A stretch of 64,000 nucleotides of DNA from an uncultured Candidatus Saccharibacteria bacterium (GTDB lineage Bacteria; Patescibacteriota; Minisyncoccia; UBA6257; XYB1-36-10), in assembly GCA_964362215.1 (NCBI GenBank), contig CAYIDJ010000001.1, positions 13,151 through 77,150 of the forward strand, given 5' to 3'. Position 1 is the stretch's first letter, and each line of letters opens with the position of its first letter. Both the position numbers and the translations under genes were made by a program. The notes below the pieces were generated by a model. It saw only the letters and a program-made list of their open reading frames with translations. It was not told where the DNA came from and searched no databases. Positions 44,927 to 54,667 of this stretch are shown here, piece after piece.

Positions 44927-45078
44927 TAAAAAACTTGGATCTGTGGGCAGGAGCTAAACTACGCTTTAGGAAGGGTTGGTTCACGCTAATCCTCACCTCT
45001 GTTTAGTTCTAATTCTTCTTTTTAAGAAGTTACACACCACCCCGGCTTCGCCGGGCCGCCCACAGATCCAAGTTTTTT
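44927..45078. repeat. 152-nt element bounded by a perfect 21-bp inverted repeat (aaaaaacttggatctgtgggc / gcccacagatccaagtttttt)
   Basis: Single copy in this window. The interior holds a hairpin ccccggcttcgccgggg. No ORF. Confidence 0.6.
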
Positions 45079-45304
45079 AGTTCCTTCTCCCCAACAACCC
45101 CCCACTAGTCGAGAGATACCGACACTAAAATATAAAAATAAACTAAGAAAGACGAGTTTTTTATTTACTAAACCGCATACCTGCTAGTTTCTAACGAGAA
45201 ACCCTTTTAACTTAAACTTGCATGAGTAGTGTTTAGCTAATATATTTAAGCGCGCATAGATGTGTTGTCAGTCAATATATTAATTACACACTAAACAGCA
45301 TCGT

Positions 45305-45414
45305 GGAAGCCAAGCTTTCTGTTTGCTGGACCGCGCGGAGCTCGACTGGAGCGAGTCAGAGGGATTTTTTAGCAAAAAAATACCCGTGTCCGGCAAATAG
45401 AAAGATTGGCTTCC
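45305..45414. repeat. Family-1 structured repeat, copy 6 (outer stem identical to copy 1; part of a duplicated composite with a Family-2-like fragment at ~45250-45300)
   Basis: gaagccaagctttctgtttgctggACCGCGCGGAGCTCGACTGGAGCGAGTCAGAGGGATTTTTTAGCAAAAAAATACCCGTGTCcggcaaatagaaagattggcttcc. Confidence 0.8.
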
Positions 45415-45469
45415 TACTACCGCAAACAGAAAATATGTTGGTAAACCGCCAATCTACCATTTTAAATTT

Positions 45470-47176
45470 TCAAAATTCTATCTCTCCTGTCACTCTCTCC
45501 ACTTCCTCCAAACTCGTCACGCCCGCCAGCACCTTTAACATCCCGTCCTCTTGCATCGTCACCATTCCCTGTTTCCTCGCCATCTCCCTTATATCTAATA
45601 CCGCGTGCTTCTCGGCGATTATTCTTTCCACCTCATCCGTTATCCGGAACAACTCAAAAACCCCCACTCTTCCCTTATATCCCGTCCCGCCACACCGCTC
45701 GCACTCTTTCCTTTGTCTCGGCGTCTCGTAAATCACGCTCGGTACCTTCACACCGTCTTCCTTCCTTACCCTCTCCGGCAGTTTTTCTATAAACCTCTCC
45801 CATCTTTCCTTAAGCGACGGAGTTACCGTCTGTTTCTCTCGGCACTTCTCGCATAACTTCCGCACCAGCCGCTGGGCAATCACCAAATCCAGCGCCGCGG
45901 AAATCAGCGACGCCTCCGCTTTTAAATCCACTAGCCGCGGAATCGCTCCCGCCGCGTCATTGGTGTGCAGCGTGGAAAATACCAAATGTCCCGTCAGCGA
46001 CGCGTTCACCGCTATCCCCGCTGTCTCCTGGTCTCTTATCTCCCCCACCAGTATCACGTCCGGGTCTTGCCGCATTATTGACTTCAAGCCGCTGGCGAAC
46101 GTGTATCCCGCCTCCGCGTCCACCTGTGTCTGTTCAATCCCCTCCAGGTGGTATTCCACCGGGTCTTCAATCGTGATAATCTTCACCTCCGCCGTGGCCA
46201 CCTTTTTCAAAAACGCATAGAGAGTCGTCGTCTTTCCGCTTCCCGTCGGCCCGGTCACCAGCATCATCCCATTGGGTTTTTTAAGCTCCGCCTCCATCGT
46301 TTTTTGGTCGGAGAGCCGGAATCCCAACTGCGTCACGTTAAGCGATATCGTCTCTGGGTCAAGTAACCTCATCACAATTACCTCCCCGTACTCCGCCGGC
46401 GCCATCGCCACCCTCACCTCCACATTGTCCTGCCCTATCGCAATGGTAAACCGGCCGTCCTGCGTCTCGTCGGTGATGTTTAACTTGAGTCCCGCCAACA
46501 GCTTTATCCGCGACGCCACCTGCCTGTAAAAATCCTTCGGCAAAGGCTTGCTCTCCCCTCCCAATACTTGGTGCAACACTCCGTCCAGACGCATCCTGAC
46601 CTCAACTCTCGTCTTCGCCGGCTCAAAGTGTATATCGGACGCTCCCAGCGCCAGCGCTCCTCCGAAAACCGCCTCCAAAAACTCCGTTACCGGCACCTTA
46701 TTGAAATTAAACTCTTCCAACCGCCCCTTAAGTTTCCCCATAGTCGTCATCTCTTTCTTTAAAGTCTGCAGTTTCTCCACGTTAAGCTCCACTCGCCCGA
46801 TTATCTCCCCCGCCGCCCCCGTCACATATTTATAATAACTCCAGGCATGCCTCAATCCGGCTATTGATGTCACAAAAATATCCGGCTTGTATCCCAGTTT
46901 CTCCAACCGAGCCAGCTCTTCCGCCACTCCCGCCGCCCCCAAATCAAAAACCGCCACAATCAGGTCTTTGTTGACTAAATTTACGGCGGCCAATTTTAAC
47001 TCTTTTGCCCTCTCTTCGGGCACTAATCGCAACGCCTCTATTTCCACCGGCGTTGTCACAATATTCAAATACGGTCTCCTTTGTTTCGCCGCTCGCCGCT
47101 CCGCGTCGCGCTCCTCCGCCCGTTGATTAAAACGAATCAGTTTTTCCTGAAGCGCTGTGGAGTTATTTTGTAACAT
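45470..47176 (-). CDS. Type IV pilus / type II secretion assembly ATPase (PilB/GspE family)
   Basis: Walker A LVTGPTGSGKTTTLYA, Asp/His boxes, tetracysteine C-terminus (CEKCREK...CERCGGTG). Confidence 0.85.
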   Translation of the reverse strand: MLQNNSTALQEKLIRFNQRAEERDAERRAAKQRRPYLNIVTTPVEIEALRLVPEERAKELKLAAVNLVNKDLIVAVFDLGAAGVAEELARLEKLGYKPDIFVTSIAGLRHAWSYYKYVTGAAGEIIGRVELNVEKLQTLKKEMTTMGKLKGRLEEFNFNKVPVTEFLEAVFGGALALGASDIHFEPAKTRVEVRMRLDGVLHQVLGGESKPLPKDFYRQVASRIKLLAGLKLNITDETQDGRFTIAIGQDNVEVRVAMAPAEYGEVIVMRLLDPETISLNVTQLGFRLSDQKTMEAELKKPNGMMLVTGPTGSGKTTTLYAFLKKVATAEVKIITIEDPVEYHLEGIEQTQVDAEAGYTFASGLKSIMRQDPDVILVGEIRDQETAGIAVNASLTGHLVFSTLHTNDAAGAIPRLVDLKAEASLISAALDLVIAQRLVRKLCEKCREKQTVTPSLKERWERFIEKLPERVRKEDGVKVPSVIYETPRQRKECERCGGTGYKGRVGVFELFRITDEVERIIAEKHAVLDIREMARKQGMVTMQEDGMLKVLAGVTSLEEVERVTGEIEF

Positions 47177-47384
47177 GTTAAAAAAGAACCAATTTATTTT
47201 AACCTATTCCTTTTTTTTCCCCAAGTCAAACTTTAACTGGCTATTTTTTATTTGAAGGATTTTTCCCTCAACAACCATAACCCGAAGCCATAGCCGCGGA
47301 TTCCAATGGTCGTATTAATATCTTATAAAAAAATCCCCCATATTTAAAGAAATATAAGAGATTAAGAAAACAAGTATACAAGGG

Positions 47385-48227
47385 TTAAGCCAGTTTCAAA
47401 ATAACCACCCGATGGCGGAGATCAGCATCCCAGCCGCTGCCGTCATCAAATCGGCGGACGCCCACGAAGAGCGAACCGCCCGAACCCACGCTCACATTAG
47501 CCACAAAGAAATCGTTATTGGACTTGAACAGGAAAAAAATGGCGTAGCCGTATGTCCGAAGCCACCGGCGATGTTTTATCACAAAGCCCTTGATCTGGGC
47601 TTGTGTTAAGCGCAGTTTGCCGGCGTCGGAAGAGATAGAGCCAAATATCTGTTTGAAGGTGCCGTTTTTTGTCAGCTCATAGACGGCTGCCTTGGCTTTG
47701 GAGGTTGACTTTCCTCTTTCATCTGCTTTCCACTTACGGAAGTCCACGTCAATTCCGATGGAAGAAGTAATCTCCGCCAGAAACGCGTCCGTAAAAAGGC
47801 CGCGCAGGCGTTTAATTTCCTTTTTCCAACCCGACGTATAATCGTCGGCGACAAACTCAATGGCTCCTTGGTCCGTAACCTTGACTCCCAATCCCTTTGG
47901 AAATTTATCTGTCCTCAAAGCTCCGTCAAGTTTCCCGTTGTAGGCTTTACCGAAGAAATCGGTGATGTTTTTACATCTTCCAATTCCTTCCATTTCGCCC
48001 AATCTGTTTAAGGCGTTTTCCACACACTCCCTGATTATGGGAATGGTATCAAGCTTCCTTATCCAATCGGCCATCGGCGAATTTTTCATCGCCACCCTTT
48101 GTAGAAGGTCATCAATGACTTGCGGCGCTCCTAACTGCGCCTTAAGTATGACTATCTTACTCATGAGCTCTCCTCCTTTGTTTTTTCCTTCTGTTTTTTC
48201 CTTCGTTTTTTGCCGTAAAAGCACCAT
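47385..48227 (-). CDS. Hypothetical protein (280 aa; start uncertain, possibly Met at 48164)
   Basis: Long ORF with no recognisable motif. Confidence 0.4.
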   Translation of the reverse strand: MVLLRQKTKEKTEGKNKGGELMSKIVILKAQLGAPQVIDDLLQRVAMKNSPMADWIRKLDTIPIIRECVENALNRLGEMEGIGRCKNITDFFGKAYNGKLDGALRTDKFPKGLGVKVTDQGAIEFVADDYTSGWKKEIKRLRGLFTDAFLAEITSSIGIDVDFRKWKADERGKSTSKAKAAVYELTKNGTFKQIFGSISSDAGKLRLTQAQIKGFVIKHRRWLRTYGYAIFFLFKSNNDFFVANVSVGSGGSLFVGVRRFDDGSGWDADLRHRVVILKLA

Positions 48228-48447
48228 TTTTAGGTATCAAACAGCTGGTGCCAATTATAGTATATTTTAATCTATACGTCAACTTTTTTATTTTTAGTTT
48301 TTTACTAACCCCCACCCCCTCCCCCTTTTGCTTATACCTAAGACGATCGTCAATATATAAGCCAACCATTTACCGTCGCTATTTAGTACTTTCATCACCC
48401 CTTTCTTCTACTCCCTAAAACACCCCCCCATACCCCCTTTATTACTA

Positions 48448-48476
48448 TTGACAACCAACATAAACTATGCTATAAT
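48448..48476 (+). promoter_or_regulatory. Consensus sigma-70 promoter TTGACA-N17-TATAAT
   Basis: TTGACA 48448-48453, 17-nt spacer, TATAAT 48471-48476. It is followed by a strong Shine-Dalgarno aaaggaggt and ATG 48530. Confidence 0.7.
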
Positions 48477-48529
48477 ATAACCAGAATTAACCAAAATTGA
48501 CATCTTAAAAAGAAAGGAGGTAAGAGACC

Positions 48530-48982
48530 ATGAAATCTCTTACCACAATTCTCACAATTTCGCTTCTTTTTGTATTCATGGGTGGCTGTGTCACCGACGG
48601 CCAGTTTTCACAATACGGCCGTTCCGGTGGCATCTCCGGAGGTTTTTATGACCAAACCGGAGGCGTCGGCTACGCTCTCCAACAAGCGGTCACCCCCGGT
48701 ATGGTTCGGGGCGGAGCCATCGGCGCGCTGGCTGGCGTAGCCATGCGCAAAGATGTTGGTCGCACCGCCGCCACCGGCGCCCTGATCGGCGTCGGGCTTG
48801 AGATGTTGTCTCAAGCCGGACAACCTCCTCGCCAAGGCGGTTATTACCAGCCCGCCGGCAACAACCCTGGCGTCGAAGGTTCGTACCATCAAGGATACGG
48901 CCAGGGCCGCCAGGAGCTCCAGAGAGATCTGGAGCAAAATGCCTACAACGCCGGCCGTGCCGCCGGCTACGGCTACCGATAG
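48530..48982 (+). CDS. Lipoprotein with Gly-rich (glycine-zipper-like) domain
   Basis: Signal peptide plus lipobox LFVFMGGC. GxxxG repeats (GGAIGALAGVAM, GALIGVGLEM). Tyr/Gly/Gln-rich tail. Confidence 0.6.
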   Translation: MKSLTTILTISLLFVFMGGCVTDGQFSQYGRSGGISGGFYDQTGGVGYALQQAVTPGMVRGGAIGALAGVAMRKDVGRTAATGALIGVGLEMLSQAGQPPRQGGYYQPAGNNPGVEGSYHQGYGQGRQELQRDLEQNAYNAGRAAGYGYR

Positions 48983-48995
48983 GTAGCCCCCGCAC

Positions 48996-49040
48996 CGTCT
49001 CGCAACCCGCGCTCCTCAACGGCCCGCGGGTTTTCTTTTT
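48996..49040 (+). terminator. Rho-independent terminator (aacccgcg-N12-cgcgggtt plus T-run)
   Basis: Stem aacccgcg/cgcgggtt followed by ttctttttcc, directly after the lipoprotein stop codon. Confidence 0.65.
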
Positions 49041-49237
49041 CCTAATTTATTCCACACTTAATAACCATATGTTCATTAAGTGCGCAAAACTAAATAACTA
49101 TCCCTTAATTCTTAATTCGCTATTCGTAATTTAATATTCTAATTTATTAATTGTTTGGTTATTGTTTATTTAAAAAATTATTTGGTTATTGTTTCTTGGA
49201 ATTTGGAGCTTCCGCTATTTTATTCTAAAATAGCGGT

Positions 49238-49768
49238 ATGTCCGGCCACTCCCACGCTAAAAATGTCGCCCGCCAAAAAGAAGCCGGTGACAAAAAGAAA
49301 TCCACCGTCTTCAGTAAACTCTTAAAAGCCATTTCCGCCGCCGCCCGCGCCAGCGACCTTAACCCTGACTTCAACCCTACCCTCCGCACTGCCGTGGAAA
49401 AAGCCAGAGCCGCCAACGTCCCCAAAGACAACATTGAGCGGGCTATAAAAAAAGCCGACTCCTCCGCTCCTATGGAAGAACTCGTTATTGAAGCTCACGG
49501 TCCCGAGGGTATCGCTATTATCATTACCGCCCTAACCGACAACTCTAACCGTACTCTTCGCGAAGTCCGGCACCTATTGGAAGCCAACGGCGCCAAATGG
49601 GCTGAACCCGGCAGTGTCCGCTGGGCCTTCACTCCGGAACCCGGAAACATTTGGAAAGCCAAATTCCCTCAAACTATCAGCGACGACTCTAAGTTAAAAC
49701 TCGCCACTCTCGTCTCTCTTCTGGAAGAACATGAAGACGTCGTCTCCATCTTCCCCGCTTCCTCTTAA
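49238..49768 (+). CDS. YebC/PmpR-family DNA-binding regulatory protein (short form)
   Basis: MSGHSHAKNVARQKEAGDKKKSTVFSKL matches the YebC N-terminus (MSGHSKWANIKHRK...). Encoded upstream of ruvC, as is typical. Confidence 0.7.
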   Translation: MSGHSHAKNVARQKEAGDKKKSTVFSKLLKAISAAARASDLNPDFNPTLRTAVEKARAANVPKDNIERAIKKADSSAPMEELVIEAHGPEGIAIIITALTDNSNRTLREVRHLLEANGAKWAEPGSVRWAFTPEPGNIWKAKFPQTISDDSKLKLATLVSLLEEHEDVVSIFPASS

Positions 49769-49820
49769 CTACTTTGTAATTTTGAATTTTGATATTGTTT
49801 AGGATTTAGAGTTTATATTT

Positions 49821-50279
49821 ATGATTGTAATCGGAATAGACCCCGGCACTACCCGCTGCGGCTACGGCGTAATTAAAAAAGACGGCTCACGCCTCTCCCT
49901 GCTTGCCGCCGGTATTCTCTCTTCCACCGGCCCCGACGCCCCCTCTCGCCTCTCCTCTCTCGCCTCCCATCTCAAGGAAATTATCTCTCTCTACCACCCT
50001 GAACGAGCCGCTATTGAAACTCTCTACTTTTCTCGCAATCAAAAAACTGCTCTCTCTATCGCCGAGGCGCGCGGCGCTATTCTTTCCGTCCTCTCCGCCG
50101 CCTTCCTCCCCATCCAGGAATTTTCTCCCACTGAAGTTAAGTCCCTCCTTACCGGCTCCGGCCGCGCCAGCAAACACGACATCATAACCACCGTTGAACT
50201 TATTCTTAAAACCAAAATTAAAGGTGTTGACGATATCTGCGACGCTCTCGCTATCGCCATTCTCGCCGCCGGTATGTAG
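49821..50279 (+). CDS. ruvC: Crossover junction endodeoxyribonuclease RuvC
   Basis: MIVIGIDPGTTRCGYGVI plus catalytic acidic residues. 152 aa. Confidence 0.85.
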   Translation: MIVIGIDPGTTRCGYGVIKKDGSRLSLLAAGILSSTGPDAPSRLSSLASHLKEIISLYHPERAAIETLYFSRNQKTALSIAEARGAILSVLSAAFLPIQEFSPTEVKSLLTGSGRASKHDIITTVELILKTKIKGVDDICDALAIAILAAGM

Positions 50280-50440
50280 GACTCCTGCTCTTTTATGCTT
50301 TGTTGTTATAAACAAAAGCCTGCCAAAATTTTTGTGCGAGTAAAAACTTAGACGGGCTACCTTAAGTCTAACCTCTACCTCCCAATAGAGGTTGTAGTCA
50401 TCATTAAAAAAGAAAATCAAATATGTAAACCGAGGCGAGG

Positions 50441-50534
50441 GCGGCTTTTTCCATAAGACCGCGCGGAGTCCGACGGGACGAGTCAGAGGGATTTTTTAGC
50501 CAGAAAATACCCGTGTCTTATGGAAAAAGCCGCC
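50441..50534. repeat. Family-1 structured repeat, copy 7 (between convergent ruvC and the class A PBP)
   Basis: gcggctttttccataagACCGCGCGGAGTCCGACGGGACGAGTCAGAGGGATTTTTTAGCCAGAAAATACCCGTGTCttatggaaaaagccgcc. Confidence 0.8.
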
Positions 50535-50566
50535 CGAAGCCGCGACCTTCTTTTATCTAACACAAA

Positions 50567-52930
50567 TTACCTATACAAAATAACCTCTGCTTCTCCCTGC
50601 CCATCCTCACTCCAAGCCGTAACCGTCACCTTGTTTTGCAAACCTAGATCGCGAGCAGTGATGATCTTTTTATATTCATAACTGGTTCCAAAATCCCCTG
50701 CCTGCGTATCTCTGACCACATCATTTATCTTAAGTTCCAGTTTTTTAATCTGGCTCGGCGCTGTCACTTTGACCGCTAACGTCGTCTGTCCGGCCACAAA
50801 CGTTCCCGCCGCCGGCGCCGTTATTGCCACCACCACCGCTCCCGTTCCGGCGCTTTTATAATCGTAAAGCGCCGTTTTATTGTACGAATTAAAATCCGGC
50901 AGATTTACCCGCGCCCACTCCAAAACCGCCGCCTCCCATCTCTCAAACTGCGGGTCCCGCTCCGGACGCTGCGGCACCGGCCCCGCCGGACTGTCTTTAT
51001 CCACATAAAAAAGAATATTGTGTATCTGCTTGCCGAAAAGATAGTCCCCCTTCAAAATCGGCTTTTCCGCCGTCGTCGGCTCCGGCCGCGGAAACACCGT
51101 CGGCTCGTACTTAGTTACCTCCTGACGGAAGAAATCGCTCCATATCGGCAACGCCGCCAGTATTGAACTCCCTTGTTGCTCCATCGGCTCCCGCCGGTTA
51201 TTCCCCGCCCACACCCCCACCACCAACTCCGGCGTATACCCCACCGTCCACGCGTCCACATAATCGTTGGTGGTGCCGGTCTTTACCGCCACCTGATAAT
51301 TTGGAAAAACCGTCAGTGGCAAGCTATTCACAAAAAGCCCGGAGCGCGCTTCCGTATCCGACAGAATATCGTTGATTAGTCGCGCGTACTGCGGCTCTAT
51401 CGCCCGCGCCGTCTCATCGCGGTACGACTGTAAAATTTTACCCGTACTGTCGGTAACTTTAATAATCGCCTGTTGCTTGTGTTTCTCTCCGTCGCGGGCA
51501 AAAACCGCGTACGCGTTAACCAGTTCTGTTAACCTCACCTCCCCCCCGCCCAAAACCAGCGACAACCCGAACCGGCTCCGGTCGCCTAAAGTCGTGATGC
51601 CAAAGTCCGCCGCCGTCTTCAGCGTCTCATCAATACCCGCCAGATACAGCGTCTTCACCGCCGTCACGTTTACCGATTGCGCCAGCGACGTCCGCATGCT
51701 AATCGGTCCGCGATAACGCTTGTCAAAGTTATGCGGGCTGTAGGTATCCTCCGGACCGCCTCTTGTGTCAAACTCCGTCGGCACATCAAACAGTATTGTT
51801 TCCGGCGTATATCCTTTTTCAAAAGCCGTCGCGTACACGAACGGCTTAAACGCCGAACCCGGCTGGCGCAACCCCTGATAAGCCACATTAAAGTTGCCCT
51901 CGTTCTCTATATCAAAGTAATCATACGACCCTACTAACGCCAGAATCTGGCCCGTAGTCGCCTCCTGCGCCACTAAAGCCACATTCCTGCCTTTATACAT
52001 CTCCCAGTTCCTCTCCGCCCCCTTTTTCACCGCCTCCTCCGCCGTCTGCTGCATCTCCCAGTCCAGAGTTGTAACAACTCTAAGTCCGCCGTTTTGTAGC
52101 ATATCTTCCCCGTAAATATTATTTAACTCGTCAATCGCCATCATCACAAAATGCGGCGCCTTGATTGTTGTTGACTGTGGCGCCAAAATCATCTCTTCTG
52201 CCTGCGCTACCTCCTTTTCCTCCGCTGTGATATACCCCATCTCCTCCATCTGTTCCAAAACGTACCCCTGTCTCTCCTTGAGCCTATCTTGATGCGCCCC
52301 ATAAGGAGAGTAGTAGCTTGGCGCCTGCGGTAATGCTACCAACATCACCGCCTCCCCCAACGTCAATTCCGCCGCCGCTTTATTAAAATATGTCTGCGCC
52401 GCCGCTTCTATCCCGTAAGAATTACCCCCGTATGGAATTTGGTTTAAATAAAGGCCCAATATCTCGTCTTTTGAAAATCGTTGCTCCAGTTTCAGCGCGA
52501 TTATCAACTCCTTAATTTTCCTGGTAATCGTCCGGTCTGACGACAAAAAAACGTTTTTGGCCAGCTGTTGGGTTATGGTTGATCCGCCAACTCTTTTATT
52601 ACGGGTTATATCAATCCAAACCGAACGCGCCAGCGCCTTCCAATCAAACGCCGGGTGCTCATAAAAATTTTTATCTTCGGCCGCTATCGTCGCTTGCTTC
52701 ACTATATCCGGTATTTTATCAAACGGCACCACCGTTCTTTTCTCCTCCCCGTGAATTTCAAACAATAATACCTCTCCCGTCCGATCATAAATCTTTGTTG
52801 ACTGATTAATGCGCCGATTGGCTATCTGGTCCAAATCCGGCAGATCAACCGAAATATAAGCCACAAAAACCAGCGCTATTGAAAGCCCTATCACCGCCGC
52901 CGAAGCCATTATCACTAATGTGTTTTTCAT
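50567..52930 (-). CDS. Class A penicillin-binding protein (glycosyltransferase GT51 plus transpeptidase)
   Basis: GT51 motifs (EDKNFYEH, RVGGSTITQQLAKN), transpeptidase SAFKPF, SxN and KTG. N-terminal transmembrane anchor. Confidence 0.85.
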   Translation of the reverse strand: MKNTLVIMASAAVIGLSIALVFVAYISVDLPDLDQIANRRINQSTKIYDRTGEVLLFEIHGEEKRTVVPFDKIPDIVKQATIAAEDKNFYEHPAFDWKALARSVWIDITRNKRVGGSTITQQLAKNVFLSSDRTITRKIKELIIALKLEQRFSKDEILGLYLNQIPYGGNSYGIEAAAQTYFNKAAAELTLGEAVMLVALPQAPSYYSPYGAHQDRLKERQGYVLEQMEEMGYITAEEKEVAQAEEMILAPQSTTIKAPHFVMMAIDELNNIYGEDMLQNGGLRVVTTLDWEMQQTAEEAVKKGAERNWEMYKGRNVALVAQEATTGQILALVGSYDYFDIENEGNFNVAYQGLRQPGSAFKPFVYATAFEKGYTPETILFDVPTEFDTRGGPEDTYSPHNFDKRYRGPISMRTSLAQSVNVTAVKTLYLAGIDETLKTAADFGITTLGDRSRFGLSLVLGGGEVRLTELVNAYAVFARDGEKHKQQAIIKVTDSTGKILQSYRDETARAIEPQYARLINDILSDTEARSGLFVNSLPLTVFPNYQVAVKTGTTNDYVDAWTVGYTPELVVGVWAGNNRREPMEQQGSSILAALPIWSDFFRQEVTKYEPTVFPRPEPTTAEKPILKGDYLFGKQIHNILFYVDKDSPAGPVPQRPERDPQFERWEAAVLEWARVNLPDFNSYNKTALYDYKSAGTGAVVVAITAPAAGTFVAGQTTLAVKVTAPSQIKKLELKINDVVRDTQAGDFGTSYEYKKIITARDLGLQNKVTVTAWSEDGQGEAEVILYR

Positions 52931-53432
52931 ATCCTCATTTCTCCTTTATCGCTAATCTATCACCTAATTCAACTAATGTCTAAAAATAAAACATCTCCCA
53001 TTTTTGGTTAAAAGTGAGAGATATTTTATTTTTTTGTTAATCCCTCCGGTACAAAATTATATTCTCCCGAAGGGTCTCACGTTCTTTAAGTTGTTTTATT
53101 TACTCTTCATCTCCCACCCCTTCACTTCCTCCCAACTTATCGTCGCCCTCCTCCTCCTCTTCTTCCTCGTCTTCGCCCTCTTCTATATCCGTGTCATCGC
53201 CGTCTATCTCCTCATCCTCATCCACCAATACCGGCTCAATCTCCGTCTTAAATAAACTTGCCATAAAAATAAATAAACGCTTATAACGCGACCTTTTATT
53301 TATTTGGTGATTATATAAAACCCTCTTTATCTGTCAACCCCGTGAACAAATTAAAATTTATTTACGCTCGACCCAGAGATTGACTCTAGCTAAGGCCAGA
53401 GTCACTTTATTTCTCTCTTTTATTTTTACCGA

Positions 53433-54536
53433 TCACGACTTCACCGGCATTAGAATATAAATATAAGAATCATCACTTGAATCCTTTATTGCCGTCGGTT
53501 TGTCTTTAAAATTAACTTTCAATTTTATCTCTCCCCCTTTTACCGACCTAATACCGGATAAAAGATAGTGCCAGTTAAAAACAACTTTTCCCCCTCCTCC
53601 CGCCACCTTTGCCGGCACTAAATATTTATTTTCCCCAACCCCCTGACTCATTGATGTAATCTCTATAAAATTCTTATTCACGGCCAGAGTCACATCCGAT
53701 ATTTTACTGGATAAAACACTGACTACTTTAAGCGCCGTCACCATCTCCTCTTTTAAAGCTACCACCTCTGTATCGTAAGCGCTTGGAATTATTTGTTTAT
53801 AATCAGGAAAACTACCGTCAATTAAATGAGATACTATCATCACCCCCTCTCCCGAAAACATAATTTGATTTGAATCAATATAAATCTTAACCTCTTCTCC
53901 TTCCGGTAAAACCCTAATTAATTCGTTTACTGTTTTAAGCGGCGCAATTAAAGACCAACCCTCATCGCCCTTCAGAGAAAATTCGTCTTTATAAATAATT
54001 CTTTCCGCTAAACGAAAACTGTCTGTTCCCGCTATTCTTAATTCATTATTTTCTGCCGATATAAAAATTCCGTTTATCTCTGGCCTTAATTCGGAAAACG
54101 TCGTCGCTGACATCACTTGCGCTATTATTTCTTTTAATCTCGCCGCTGGTAAAATTAAAACTGGATCTTTATTGGTAATATTTGGAATAATCGGAAAATC
54201 ATCAACGGCTAAAGTTTGAATTTGTGCCTCATAATTATCCGTTTGAATGTTAAATTTATCTTTTTCTGTGCTTAAATTAACCACCTCACTCGTTAGATTT
54301 GAAATTATTGAGCTAAAAACACCAGCTGGTACTGTTACCGCTCCCGACTCAATAATCTTTCCCGGACATATCTGTGTCACTCCTATCTCTAAATTTGTCG
54401 CCGATAGTTTTATCTCTCCATTATCAACTTTAATTAATAAATTCTTAAGTATTGGTAAATTAGAAGATTCATTGCAAATTTTTGCCACAATTTCCACCAC
54501 TCTTTTTAAATTATTTTTTACAAATACTAATTTCAT
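53433..54536 (-). CDS. dnaN: DNA polymerase III beta sliding clamp
   Basis: MKLVFVKNNLKRVVEIVAKI..., 367 aa with three-domain clamp organisation, immediately downstream of dnaA. Confidence 0.85.
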   Translation of the reverse strand: MKLVFVKNNLKRVVEIVAKICNESSNLPILKNLLIKVDNGEIKLSATNLEIGVTQICPGKIIESGAVTVPAGVFSSIISNLTSEVVNLSTEKDKFNIQTDNYEAQIQTLAVDDFPIIPNITNKDPVLILPAARLKEIIAQVMSATTFSELRPEINGIFISAENNELRIAGTDSFRLAERIIYKDEFSLKGDEGWSLIAPLKTVNELIRVLPEGEEVKIYIDSNQIMFSGEGVMIVSHLIDGSFPDYKQIIPSAYDTEVVALKEEMVTALKVVSVLSSKISDVTLAVNKNFIEITSMSQGVGENKYLVPAKVAGGGGKVVFNWHYLLSGIRSVKGGEIKLKVNFKDKPTAIKDSSDDSYIYILMPVKS

Positions 54537-54667
54537 TCTTAAAATCTAACTCTCTTTATATTATATATATTTATTATTATAGTAATACTTTATCTTTTCC
54601 TGTTAAAAACAATAAATTATCCACTATTTAACGTATTTTAATATATAATAAGATGTTAATAATATGT
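54537..54667. other. Candidate oriC segment (AT-rich dnaA-dnaN intergenic region with a DnaA-box TTATCCACT)
   Basis: 131 bp, ~85% AT, with TTATCCACT at 54617-54625 (8/9 match to TTATCCACA). Flanked by dnaA and dnaN. Confidence 0.4.

Noticed and set aside
44927-45078. Long hairpin as SRP (4.5S) RNA
   Set aside because: It lacks the conserved helix-8 GGAA tetraloop/AGCAG internal-loop signature. Its interior is AT-rich and unlike SRP RNA.
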